A stretch of 64,000 nucleotides of DNA, from IMG/VR virus record IMGVR_UViG_3300048597_000634, positions 124,001-188,000 of that record. One strand, written 5' to 3'. Below the pieces are notes generated by a model. That model saw only the letters and a list, made by a program, of their open reading frames with translations. It was not told the origin of the DNA and ran no database searches. This document shows positions 56,176 to 64,000 of the stretch, piece by piece; positions within the stretch are counted from its first letter, which is position 1; each line of letters begins with the position of its first letter. The translations under genes and the position numbers were made by a program.

Positions 56176-56406
56176 CTAGCGTTTTTGTTGGATTGGTTTT
56201 GGAGGTAATCCTGGCGTTCGGTGCGGGGTCAACGTAAATCCTAGACGATTTACACTCTCTGGGCTTTTTATACGGTACCAAGGATAATAACCGTATTTAG
56301 AGCCCCAAGTGTCCATTACAAAGCTTGTTAAGGCGCGCCTAATTCTCCAAGAAAAAGGATACTTTTTAGAGGTGTCACTGGGTGGAAGCTTAAGTTTAGT
56401 TAGCAT
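56176..56406 (-). CDS. MLTK-family small protein
   Basis: MLTKLK. Confidence 0.5.
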   Translation of the reverse strand: MLTKLKLPPSDTSKKYPFSWRIRRALTSFVMDTWGSKYGYYPWYRIKSPESVNRLGFTLTPHRTPGLPPKPIQQKR

Positions 56407-56441
56407 TACAACAAATGTCTATTACTTAATATTCTAAGTGT

Positions 56442-56600
56442 CTAAAATACTTCTCCTGAGACATTACGCCTTTGATTTATTTCTACCGCACGGGCAATCT
56501 TCACTTGTCTTACGTGGACCAGAAGATTATTTACCACAGTGGAAAGACAGCAAAGGTTCTCTATTTTGCTGTTGGTTTTTGTTTGGCGTTTAGTTAACAT
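56442..56600 (-). CDS. MLTK-family small protein
   Basis: MLTKRQ. Confidence 0.45.
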   Translation of the reverse strand: MLTKRQTKTNSKIENLCCLSTVVNNLLVHVRQVKIARAVEINQRRNVSGEVF

Positions 56601-56601
56601 A

Positions 56602-57891
56602 TCAAGTCTGTGACAAGTAATTTTTAATCCACTGCAGGCGCTGCTGTTCATCTAGGGCAGTAAACTCTTCGACGTTCTCCCGCACGTAGTCCACCAATGG
56701 GTAGTATTCTTCATCGACTACCTTCTTAAACCCTTCAGTCATAATCTTAGAGGTGTCAGGGTTGCGGGCCAACCACTTGTTAGTCAAGTAGTAGGGGCTT
56801 TTAACCTTGGCGCTGACACCCTGCTTCGTGTAAAAGACATAGCCTTCGTGGGTGACAGTCTTAACCTTTTCCAGGAGCTCTCCGACGGTGGTGTGGTGGT
56901 GAGACACTGCAGTGGTGCCAAGCATGCGACTGAACTCGTCGAGTTGCTTGGGGTCTGCCTTAGGTTTGGAGTCCCAGTCTTTGGTGCGGACTGCTAGCAG
57001 GTAAAGACCTGGTTCTTCTCGAACAATGTGAGGATCTTCTGGGCTGACGCACTCAAAGATGAAGCTTTTATTCTGGTAGGAGAAGCAAAGTTCCTTGAGT
57101 TGTGCCTCGATGCCTTGGGCTCTGATCACATCCCAACCGTAGCCTACAAACTTAGAAGTCAGAGAGCCTGTAGTGGATAGGAGCAGTTTATCGTTGTGCC
57201 ACGTCACACATAACATAAAGCCATTGACCTTACGGAAGGCGGTCACCTTGGTGTCAAGGTCTAGCACAGGCGCTTCCTTTTCTACTCCGTAGTTGTAGAT
57301 CTTGATTAGCGGTAAGGAGATGGGGTTGTAGTCTTCATCCACGACAGCACCACGGCACATCTCCAGATAAGGATTCCAGTGCCAACCGTAATACACCTTC
57401 TTAGTGTATTTGAGGACATAAAGTCCGTCGTGAGCAGCGGTGCGGCGCACCCATTTAGGGTTGTTCTCCACATACTGCTTCAGCCCCGCTTGGTTGAACG
57501 GGATGTCGTCGGCAATGTCGTGCTCGAAGCGCTCCCGCATACTTTTCATAGTGCCTGCTGGAATGTCATGCACAGAACCAAAGTTGTTTTGGCATTCAAT
57601 AACCTGAGGCACGATCTTAAACTCTTTAGCCAGGTCGAAGTAGGGACGCAGTTCCCATTTGGTGGTAAAGGTGTTGGAGACCACGGCATGCTCCCCTTCA
57701 GCTAGCCACGCTCTGGTGCGGGCTAAACAGTCAGCGTGAGCTTCTTTTAGTTTGTCTCGGTCGAACTTGTAACCGTCTTCTGTGTTGAAGTATTGGTCGG
57801 CTTCAAATACTTGGCCGTCGGCACTCGCTAGAGTATGGGCTAGGGTGGTTTTTCCAGACCCTGGCAGTCCTCGAATGATAGTTAATTTCAT
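56602..57891 (-). CDS. P-loop polynucleotide kinase fused to an Rnl1-type RNA ligase
   Basis: RGLPGSGKTT, VVSNTF, MCRG, K.YN, KVNG, FE...P...IV, EGYV, KVKS..Y. Confidence 0.85.
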   Translation of the reverse strand: MKLTIIRGLPGSGKTTLAHTLASADGQVFEADQYFNTEDGYKFDRDKLKEAHADCLARTRAWLAEGEHAVVSNTFTTKWELRPYFDLAKEFKIVPQVIECQNNFGSVHDIPAGTMKSMRERFEHDIADDIPFNQAGLKQYVENNPKWVRRTAAHDGLYVLKYTKKVYYGWHWNPYLEMCRGAVVDEDYNPISLPLIKIYNYGVEKEAPVLDLDTKVTAFRKVNGFMLCVTWHNDKLLLSTTGSLTSKFVGYGWDVIRAQGIEAQLKELCFSYQNKSFIFECVSPEDPHIVREEPGLYLLAVRTKDWDSKPKADPKQLDEFSRMLGTTAVSHHHTTVGELLEKVKTVTHEGYVFYTKQGVSAKVKSPYYLTNKWLARNPDTSKIMTEGFKKVVDEEYYPLVDYVRENVEEFTALDEQQRLQWIKNYLSQT

Positions 57892-57904
57892 AATTTCCTC
57901 AACA

Positions 57905-58114
57905 CTAATTTCCTTTAAAGGTTTGTTCTTTTCTTACCCAGTCTTCGATGTAAAGCTTAGTTAAGTCCTCTACCTCTTTCTCTGTGAAGAGGTCTGTTCT
58001 CTCGTAATAGGCTTTGACGACTTCGTATAGAGAGGGCTCAAATTGTAGGTCGTTATCTGGGTCAAAGTCAGCCTTGAGGATGAAAGGGCGAATCTCTGTG
58101 AATCTTTTATCCAT
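57905..58114 (-). CDS. Hypothetical protein
   Basis: 69 aa ORF. Confidence 0.45.
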   Translation of the reverse strand: MDKRFTEIRPFILKADFDPDNDLQFEPSLYEVVKAYYERTDLFTEKEVEDLTKLYIEDWVRKEQTFKGN

Positions 58115-58263
58115 TGGTTCTTAAGGTTTAAAGTTACAGACTTGAGAGCGTAGATCTTCGCAGGCGATCTCAAAGCCCATAGAGATGTTAAGTAGACTGG
58201 AGATCGCCAGGAGCATCAGCAGGATGATGCTGATAATACAGAGCTTGACGACAAGTTTCTCAA

Positions 58264-59061
58264 TCATTGAGGTGTAGTATTCCTTTGTGGAGAAGCACCG
58301 TCGAAGATTACTTCTACTCTGTTTACAACCTTATTAAAGGAAGGCATAGGTAGATAGTCAATGTGGTGCCGCTCAATAGGTTTAGTTGGTCGGTACTCGG
58401 CGGGTATGTCCGCCATTTCTGCAGGCTCTAGGAGCACTAATTTTCTTTGTATAAAGCTGCCGCGCTTAAACTGCTCTGGGTAGTCGTTGAAGTTGATGCC
58501 ATGCTCTTGCCACAGCATCTCTTGTAACTCCTTACTGTTCTTATTCTGCATCTGCTTGTGGCTGATACGTGCTCTGGCAGCCATCGAGATTGCATTTCTT
58601 GTAGCGTCCAACTCTCTCCAGAGGATGGCGTTGGTGGCTTCTTCTTTGGTAGGCACGGTAAACGCTCTGCAGTCAAACACAGCGGGGATGTCTACCTTAA
58701 AGTTGGGTATATACTCTGGTCGAAGTTGGTTAAACCACGCACTAGCCGTGGAAGCCAGCACAGAGATTAGCTTTTGTTTCTTCCCCCCAAAGGGGAGCTC
58801 TTTTAACAGGTTCTCTTCGTAGAGTACAAGGTTGATCTCATCGGACTGGGTGTAGCCAATGCGGGCGTTGGTCTCTGAGACTAACCGTTTAGTAACCTCT
58901 ACCATCAAGTCGATCAATCTCTGGTCATAGGGACGAGCGAGCCCTTTAGTAAAACTACTAAAGCACTTGCCGTCTACTCTTACGATGATGGGCAGTAGAG
59001 GCAAAAAGCGCCCTTTACTCTCGTAGCCTTTCATCCGATCGCCGAGGGAATCTTTGTTCAT
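58264..59061 (-). CDS. thg1: tRNA(His) guanylyltransferase Thg1-like (3'-5' polymerase)
   Basis: RMK.YE, VRVDGK.F..FT, YTQSDEI, FD.R, WR..DA.RN, KRG. Confidence 0.92.
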   Translation of the reverse strand: MNKDSLGDRMKGYESKGRFLPLLPIIVRVDGKCFSSFTKGLARPYDQRLIDLMVEVTKRLVSETNARIGYTQSDEINLVLYEENLLKELPFGGKKQKLISVLASTASAWFNQLRPEYIPNFKVDIPAVFDCRAFTVPTKEEATNAILWRELDATRNAISMAARARISHKQMQNKNSKELQEMLWQEHGINFNDYPEQFKRGSFIQRKLVLLEPAEMADIPAEYRPTKPIERHHIDYLPMPSFNKVVNRVEVIFDGASPQRNTTPQ

Positions 59062-59168
59062 AGTTTATTTCCTTAGCATATCTAAAAGCATTCTGTCCTC
59101 TAGCGCTTGTCTTAACCCTGTCTTTACTTTCATGTAGGCTTCGTAGGGGCTATAGCTATAGTTGGTGA

Positions 59169-59648
59169 CTAAAACTGATTCTTTTCTAAGGGTTCTACCC
59201 GCTCTTTGGCAGAGGTAGGTATGCTGTACAGCAAAAGTTGGTGTGTTTCTTTGGGCAGGGGAGTGTTGAGCACTCGCACCTTAATCACCTCGTCGTATTC
59301 GTGGGTCCAGTAATAGGTAACGGTCTTCGTTTCTGCTATCAGTAGGTCTTGGAACACCGGGGCTAGCACATCGTAATAGCTCAGCTCCGGCGACACTTTG
59401 ATACTTTGGAGGATAGTTCTTAACCCGTATTGGATGTGTGCGAGGGGAGTAGCGAGCTCATCAATGTGCAAGGGCAGTTTGACGCTCTTTCGCTCTCCGG
59501 TGACTACCCTCTGGAAGAGATTGCGGAGCACATACTCCTTTGTTTCTCCGTAGGGTTTTGGGTAGCGAGTCTCACTTATTTCTAATGCTGCGAAGACTTG
59601 GTCGTAGACCTCTTTGTCCACTTGAAAATACTGGTTATCCATATGCAA
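59169..59648 (-). CDS. Hypothetical protein
   Basis: 159 aa ORF. Confidence 0.55.
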   Translation of the reverse strand: MHMDNQYFQVDKEVYDQVFAALEISETRYPKPYGETKEYVLRNLFQRVVTGERKSVKLPLHIDELATPLAHIQYGLRTILQSIKVSPELSYYDVLAPVFQDLLIAETKTVTYYWTHEYDEVIKVRVLNTPLPKETHQLLLYSIPTSAKERVEPLEKNQF

Positions 59649-59675
59649 CTAAATGGTGGAGAGTGGTCACTAGGC

Positions 59676-60089
59676 TTAGTATAATCGTAAGCGGCGTAGG
59701 TGCCGTAATCTTGTTTTCAAGGAGTCATTCCACTCTGCTTCTTCCTTGGCTCTTATCTTCTCTAGGTTGGCAGCTTTTAGCTTTGCTACGGTGGGTTGGA
59801 GGTAGTCTCGCAGTTGATCTAGCGTTTCCTCAATAAGACGATCTAAATCTGCATGCTCTCTTATCGCGTAGATGTTTCTTTCCTCTACGTGCTCTTTCAG
59901 CCCGGGGCTTTGCCAATAGATACTGAGCGTTCCCATGTAGTGGTCGACACTCAGTTTTAGAAAGGTTACGAGCTCATTTGGGCGGCAACATAGAGTGTCT
60001 GCAAGGTCGTCAATCACCATTTTTGCGCTCTTTACCAAGATGTCTTCGGTAAACGGCGCTATTAACGGAGTGTCTCTATGCATATGCAA
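59676..60089 (-). CDS. Hypothetical protein, paralogue of 48405-48836
   Basis: Shared motifs with 48405. Confidence 0.7.
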   Translation of the reverse strand: MHMHRDTPLIAPFTEDILVKSAKMVIDDLADTLCCRPNELVTFLKLSVDHYMGTLSIYWQSPGLKEHVEERNIYAIREHADLDRLIEETLDQLRDYLQPTVAKLKAANLEKIRAKEEAEWNDSLKTRLRHLRRLRLY

Positions 60090-60144
60090 TTAGGAGGATG
60101 ATCAGAGTAGCCAATAGAATAGCCCAAAAGGTATCTTTCATTGG

Positions 60145-61152
60145 TTAGTCCTTCTGCTTGAGCAGGAACGCGTTGCTGATGACTTTAAACGACAGAGTGT
60201 TGTCGAAGTTGCGGTACACGACCCCTTCCCGTTTAGTCTCTTTGTTGAGGACGCTCGGTCCATCTGCCAATTCGATGAGCTTCTTACGGTCTTGGGGTAA
60301 CTCTACGTCAGTCTCTAACAGGGGTACCATCTCTAGCTCCAGCTTGTGACACCAATCCTGGAGGTAGTAGAGCTACTCCTTGACGAACTTGTCGATGTTG
60401 AAGACGGTGAAGGGACGGAAAGTGTGGGTACTCAGCTTATAAGGATTACCTTGGATGCCGGGGCCGATTAGCTCGCCTTGGATAGCAATGTTAACCCCGT
60501 AGGCTGTAAGCTTCTCTCTGAGCTTGAACTTGTTAGCGACCTGCCAGAAGGTGTTAGTCTCCGTTTCTACTAGGTTCATGTTCCTAGAGCAGACACCGAA
60601 CTCTCCGTTGTTGAAGAATACGGTCATTGAGGAGCCGTCAAGTTTTTCCGTGGTGTAGTAACGGGCTTCGAGGTAGTCTTGGTACTTGAGGTTTTGCACC
60701 CGTTCCTCATCGGTCTTGGTGATAAAGGAGGGGAAGTTACCCTTGCTGATACCTGCTAGCTGGGGCTTAACAGGGGGTTCGTAGAGGGTGACGTTGAGGT
60801 ACTCTGAGACATCGTCACCTATAGCGTAGGTAGAAAGGTTGAAGCCTTTCTCTTCTACGGCGGCGATCGGCAACAATAATCCCTGAGATACCTGCCCGCG
60901 TAGCTTAACGGTGCGGAGACGGTTGCCGGGGATGTCGTTAAAGCTTTTAGGCTGGTCTCCTTTGGTTAGGAAAGGAGCGAGAGAGTGTGGTACCCAGGAG
61001 TCAATCTCAAAGTACACAGCGGAGTCTCCGACGGAGAACTCTCCTTTCTTAACCACCACTTGCCAGCCTTGGACAGTCGCTACTTCAATCAGGTCTGCTC
61101 CTTCTATGGGGTTAAGTTCAATGATAGTTTCTAGTCTTGCTAGCTTTCTCAT
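60145..61152 (-). CDS. RNA ligase, DRB0094 family, with an in-frame TAG at 60373-60375
   Basis: MRKLA...GAD.IE, KLRGQVSQG, KTDEERVQN, EKLDGSS, QGELIGPGIQGN; after TAG the same frame continues VP...REGVV...SFKVISN. Confidence 0.85.
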
Positions 61153-61156
61153 AGGT

Positions 61157-61753
61157 TTAATAATTGCGTTTAAGGACAGGGCGTTGTTTAAGTTCTTCGA
61201 TCAGAGCGTAGTAATCGCTTAGTAGTTTACCAGTGGCGTCGTAGCCTACATCAAGAGCTCTATACTGTTCGAGACCAGAGTGCCCCCCGTGAAGATGGGC
61301 ATAAAAGTGGATAGCGCCGTGGTGACACTCGTTCCAATAGTTGATGGGGTAGTGGAACATTGTCACGAGAACCTTGTGGTCTCTTTCCCTCAGTTCTAAG
61401 TAGTCGTGGGTGCTGGCAAAGCACTCCATAAATTGTGGGTACTTGCAGTTTTTGTAGTCGTGGTTGCCCTTGATTAGAATCTTCTTTCCCTTTAGCTGTT
61501 GAAGAATCTCTACGGTGGGGCCAATACCTTTAAAGGAGACGTCTCCAAGGATGTAGATCAAGTCTTGGTCAGCAACGATGTCGTTCCACTCTTCGATCAT
61601 CCTTCGGTCCATGTCGTCCACATCTTTGTAGTGACCCCGGACATCGGGCGAGAACTTAAGGATATTCTTGTGCCCGAAGTGGAGGTCGGAGGTAATGTAA
61701 ATCATTGTTCGGTTTCTGTGGTAATGCGAGCTACTACTTCCGCCCTGTGGCAA
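61157..61753 (-). CDS. Calcineurin-like metallophosphoesterase
   Basis: SDLHFGH, LGD, GNHD, HYP, HLH; true start probably MIYITSD. Confidence 0.9.
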   Translation of the reverse strand: MPQGGSSSSHYHRNRTMIYITSDLHFGHKNILKFSPDVRGHYKDVDDMDRRMIEEWNDIVADQDLIYILGDVSFKGIGPTVEILQQLKGKKILIKGNHDYKNCKYPQFMECFASTHDYLELRERDHKVLVTMFHYPINYWNECHHGAIHFYAHLHGGHSGLEQYRALDVGYDATGKLLSDYYALIEELKQRPVLKRNY

Positions 61754-62911
61754 ATAACAAGACTGCTGCTGGGCTTAGTCCACTCAGAGCTGTTACTTAC
61801 TCTTCGCAGGCAGGAATAGGTTTTAGTGTGGGCAGAGGCTTTAACTCTATTCTTTATTCTCTGGTGAGGTATCAGCTCGCAGAGCATAGATTTTGTGATC
61901 ATCGTGTTTCCTTAGTTAACGATAGATAGGTTCTTACAGCAGACTTACTGCTGAGTCTACGAATTACTCTGCACCACTCTCTATAGAGGATAGGGTGAAA
62001 AACGATGTAGATATAGCTTCTGGCGTATTTGGGTGCAGACCAGCGCAGTGACATCATACTCTTAGTCCTGGTGTAAAGCTCATGTAGTTCGTCCTTTAGG
62101 CTATCGACTGTCATGCCTGCGGTCGCATCACCTATGTTGGCTATTTTCTGTTTACTTAGCATTGAACAGTGTCCTCTCTAAGACGAACTCCAGGTCGTTG
62201 TAACATTTTGGGATGTTAGCTTTGTAATGTACATAACCCCCTTTGTGCTCTCTCTGGATAAAACCTACTCTACCGCTCAAGACACGTATTTGGTCTGCGA
62301 TAGCTCTATTCCGTCTTGGATAGTACTTGGCTGACCTCTTACTTAGCATCCGATAAATACTCCGTATGATAGGTCATCGATTACTCCAAACTGTCGTGGT
62401 GGGTCGAGCTTAGAGTAGAACCAACCGTTACTAATGTCGCTCAAATAACCCACTCTTATTCCTAATCTTAGGCACTCTTCATTAAAGGTTTCCGTATTCA
62501 TTGAGAGTCTTTGAGTCTTCTCTTTAGTTAGCATTGTTTACTCTACAATCTTTACCGCCAGCCTAATTGCTACGAAGCATCGGGGTGGTATTAGTGTGTA
62601 TAGGTAGTTGCAGCGAGACCCTATAGATTGTGACCGTTTCAAGTATCCTACGTTGCATCCTAAGCCCAACCCCATTTCATTGAGTGTTTGTTTGTTTATC
62701 TTTAAGTGACGGGTTCTCTTTTTAGTCAGCATAGCTTACTCACTGTCACTCTTATCACTGCAAAGCATTGGGGTGGTGTTATATCGTAAGTGAAAAAGCC
62801 TGGGGTTTTTGAAGGCTCTAAATACCCTACACTGCACCCTAATGCGAACTGTAGCTCCTTGTGTCTTTCCTTATCTATCTTTAGGGGATGAGTTTTCTCT
62901 TTAGTCAGCAT
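61702..62911 (-). other. Array of 6 MLTK-family ORFs (61702-61902, 61899-62162, 62152-62349, 62343-62534, 62538-62732, 62726-62911)
   Basis: MITK, MLSK, MLSK, MLTK x3; the last three are clear paralogues (LG..VGYL...PP..F). Confidence 0.85.
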
Positions 62912-63854
62912 GGTGGTCTAAGTAGTAAGAGACTAACTTAGCATCCCAGAACTCTCTATCAGGTTCCGCAGGCAGGACCGACTTGAGTTCTCGCAGTTCA
63001 TCAAGCTCATCCGCTAGCAATCCTTGCAGGTAGGGATAGGTATGCTTACCCTCTTTAATCTCCCTAAGAAACTTGGCCTCCTTCAAAGGCATCTCCAGAT
63101 GTCCTGTGGTGAGCAGTTCTTTAATCTGATAGACGCAGCGGAAGGCATGGCTGACAGCTTTAAAGTCAACGCCACGGTTTTCCATAGCATCGACGCTGCG
63201 GGCTCCGTACTTGTCGATCCACAGCGAGAGGGAGTGGGCTAAGTTGCCTATCTTCTGATTAAGTTGGTAGTGCTTCTCTAGCACGCGGATGTAGTAGACA
63301 GTGTTACCCACCTTGTCTTGCTGCTCGACCTGGCGGATGTGCTCCGAAACCTCGAACTTTTCAAAGACTTCTCCCACCTTAGTATCGCTGGGATGAGTCT
63401 TTAACCAATCTCGGAAGCGGATTACTTCTCCGAGGCGGCTACCCTTCAGTCCATATTTAGCAGCCTGCTGGGTGGCGTAGCCGATGAACGGTTTAACGTT
63501 GCTGCTGAGCAGCTTACTGCGATGCTCGATGATATCTAACCACACCTCGTTGTGCTCCAACCACATCTCTTTAGGAGAGAACAGAAGGTCGATGGCGTAG
63601 ATCTGTCCGGTCAGGGCGTCCTTAATGAACCGGCGTAGCTCTTTGTATTGGTAGTCGATGTCGTCCTTGGTGTTGCGGCGGCGGTCGCTGGCTGCCTTTG
63701 TGTTGTAGATGATGGTTTCTTGGTCAATGCCTAGGATGACATCTTCTACCGGAGCTTTGTAGATTCCTTTGTAGTCCTTGTCAGAGTTGGGGGTGTCGGT
63801 GCCGTAGAGGTGGGAACCGTGGAGGCATAGAAGAATGGTGTTGAGTTTTTTCAT
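62901..63854 (-). CDS. Pol-beta-superfamily nucleotidyltransferase
   Basis: HGSHLYGT.TP.SD.D.KGIY; D.KA..HA.R; L..IK.G. Confidence 0.85.
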   Translation of the reverse strand: MKKLNTILLCLHGSHLYGTDTPNSDKDYKGIYKAPVEDVILGIDQETIIYNTKAASDRRRNTKDDIDYQYKELRRFIKDALTGQIYAIDLLFSPKEMWLEHNEVWLDIIEHRSKLLSSNVKPFIGYATQQAAKYGLKGSRLGEVIRFRDWLKTHPSDTKVGEVFEKFEVSEHIRQVEQQDKVGNTVYYIRVLEKHYQLNQKIGNLAHSLSLWIDKYGARSVDAMENRGVDFKAVSHAFRCVYQIKELLTTGHLEMPLKEAKFLREIKEGKHTYPYLQGLLADELDELRELKSVLPAEPDREFWDAKLVSYYLDHHAD

Positions 63855-64000
63855 TGCTTATTGGTGACTTTAATAGCGTCTTTAATGGCTTGCGCTAACG
63901 GTGGCACTACATATGCGTAGACTGGGGCTTTGTTGTATCTCAAAGATGTCTCTCTTGCTCCTAGAAGATGAGTTTCTATCCAGAACATGGAATCATGGAG

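Noticed and set aside
1-64000. Genome-wide TAG reassignment
   Set aside because: Long conserved genes are intact under code 11 and several end plausibly at TAG; only one internal TAG was found.

Overview
This is a 64 kb segment of a large dsDNA bacteriophage genome, probably a cyanophage (host inferred from HU, the SH3b and L,D-transpeptidase proteins, and SD-less AC-rich leaders). Almost all genes are on the minus strand. It contains tail-fibre genes; a replication module (UvsW-like and SNF2 helicases, DnaX-like clamp loader, probable beta-clamp, UDG-like protein, HU, intein-containing DNA ligase); a lysis pair; an rIIA-like gene; and an RNA-repair cluster (PNK-Rnl1 fusion, Thg1, amber-interrupted DRB0094-type ligase, phosphoesterase, nucleotidyltransferase). 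Three things stand out. (1) About 55-60 small, basic, hypervariable ORFs share only an N-terminal M-[LIV]-[TSN]-K motif and sit in overlapping tandem arrays; the motif DNA (e.g. ATGCTGACTAAA) often carries stops in both alternative frames. (2) A stand-alone family A DNA polymerase catalytic domain is interrupted by four compact group I introns, and I could reconstruct all splice junctions. (3) A structured non-coding region upstream of an HNH gene has six sequence blocks that are reverse-complemented in place, in the same order. All functional calls come from motif recognition by eye; no database search was run.
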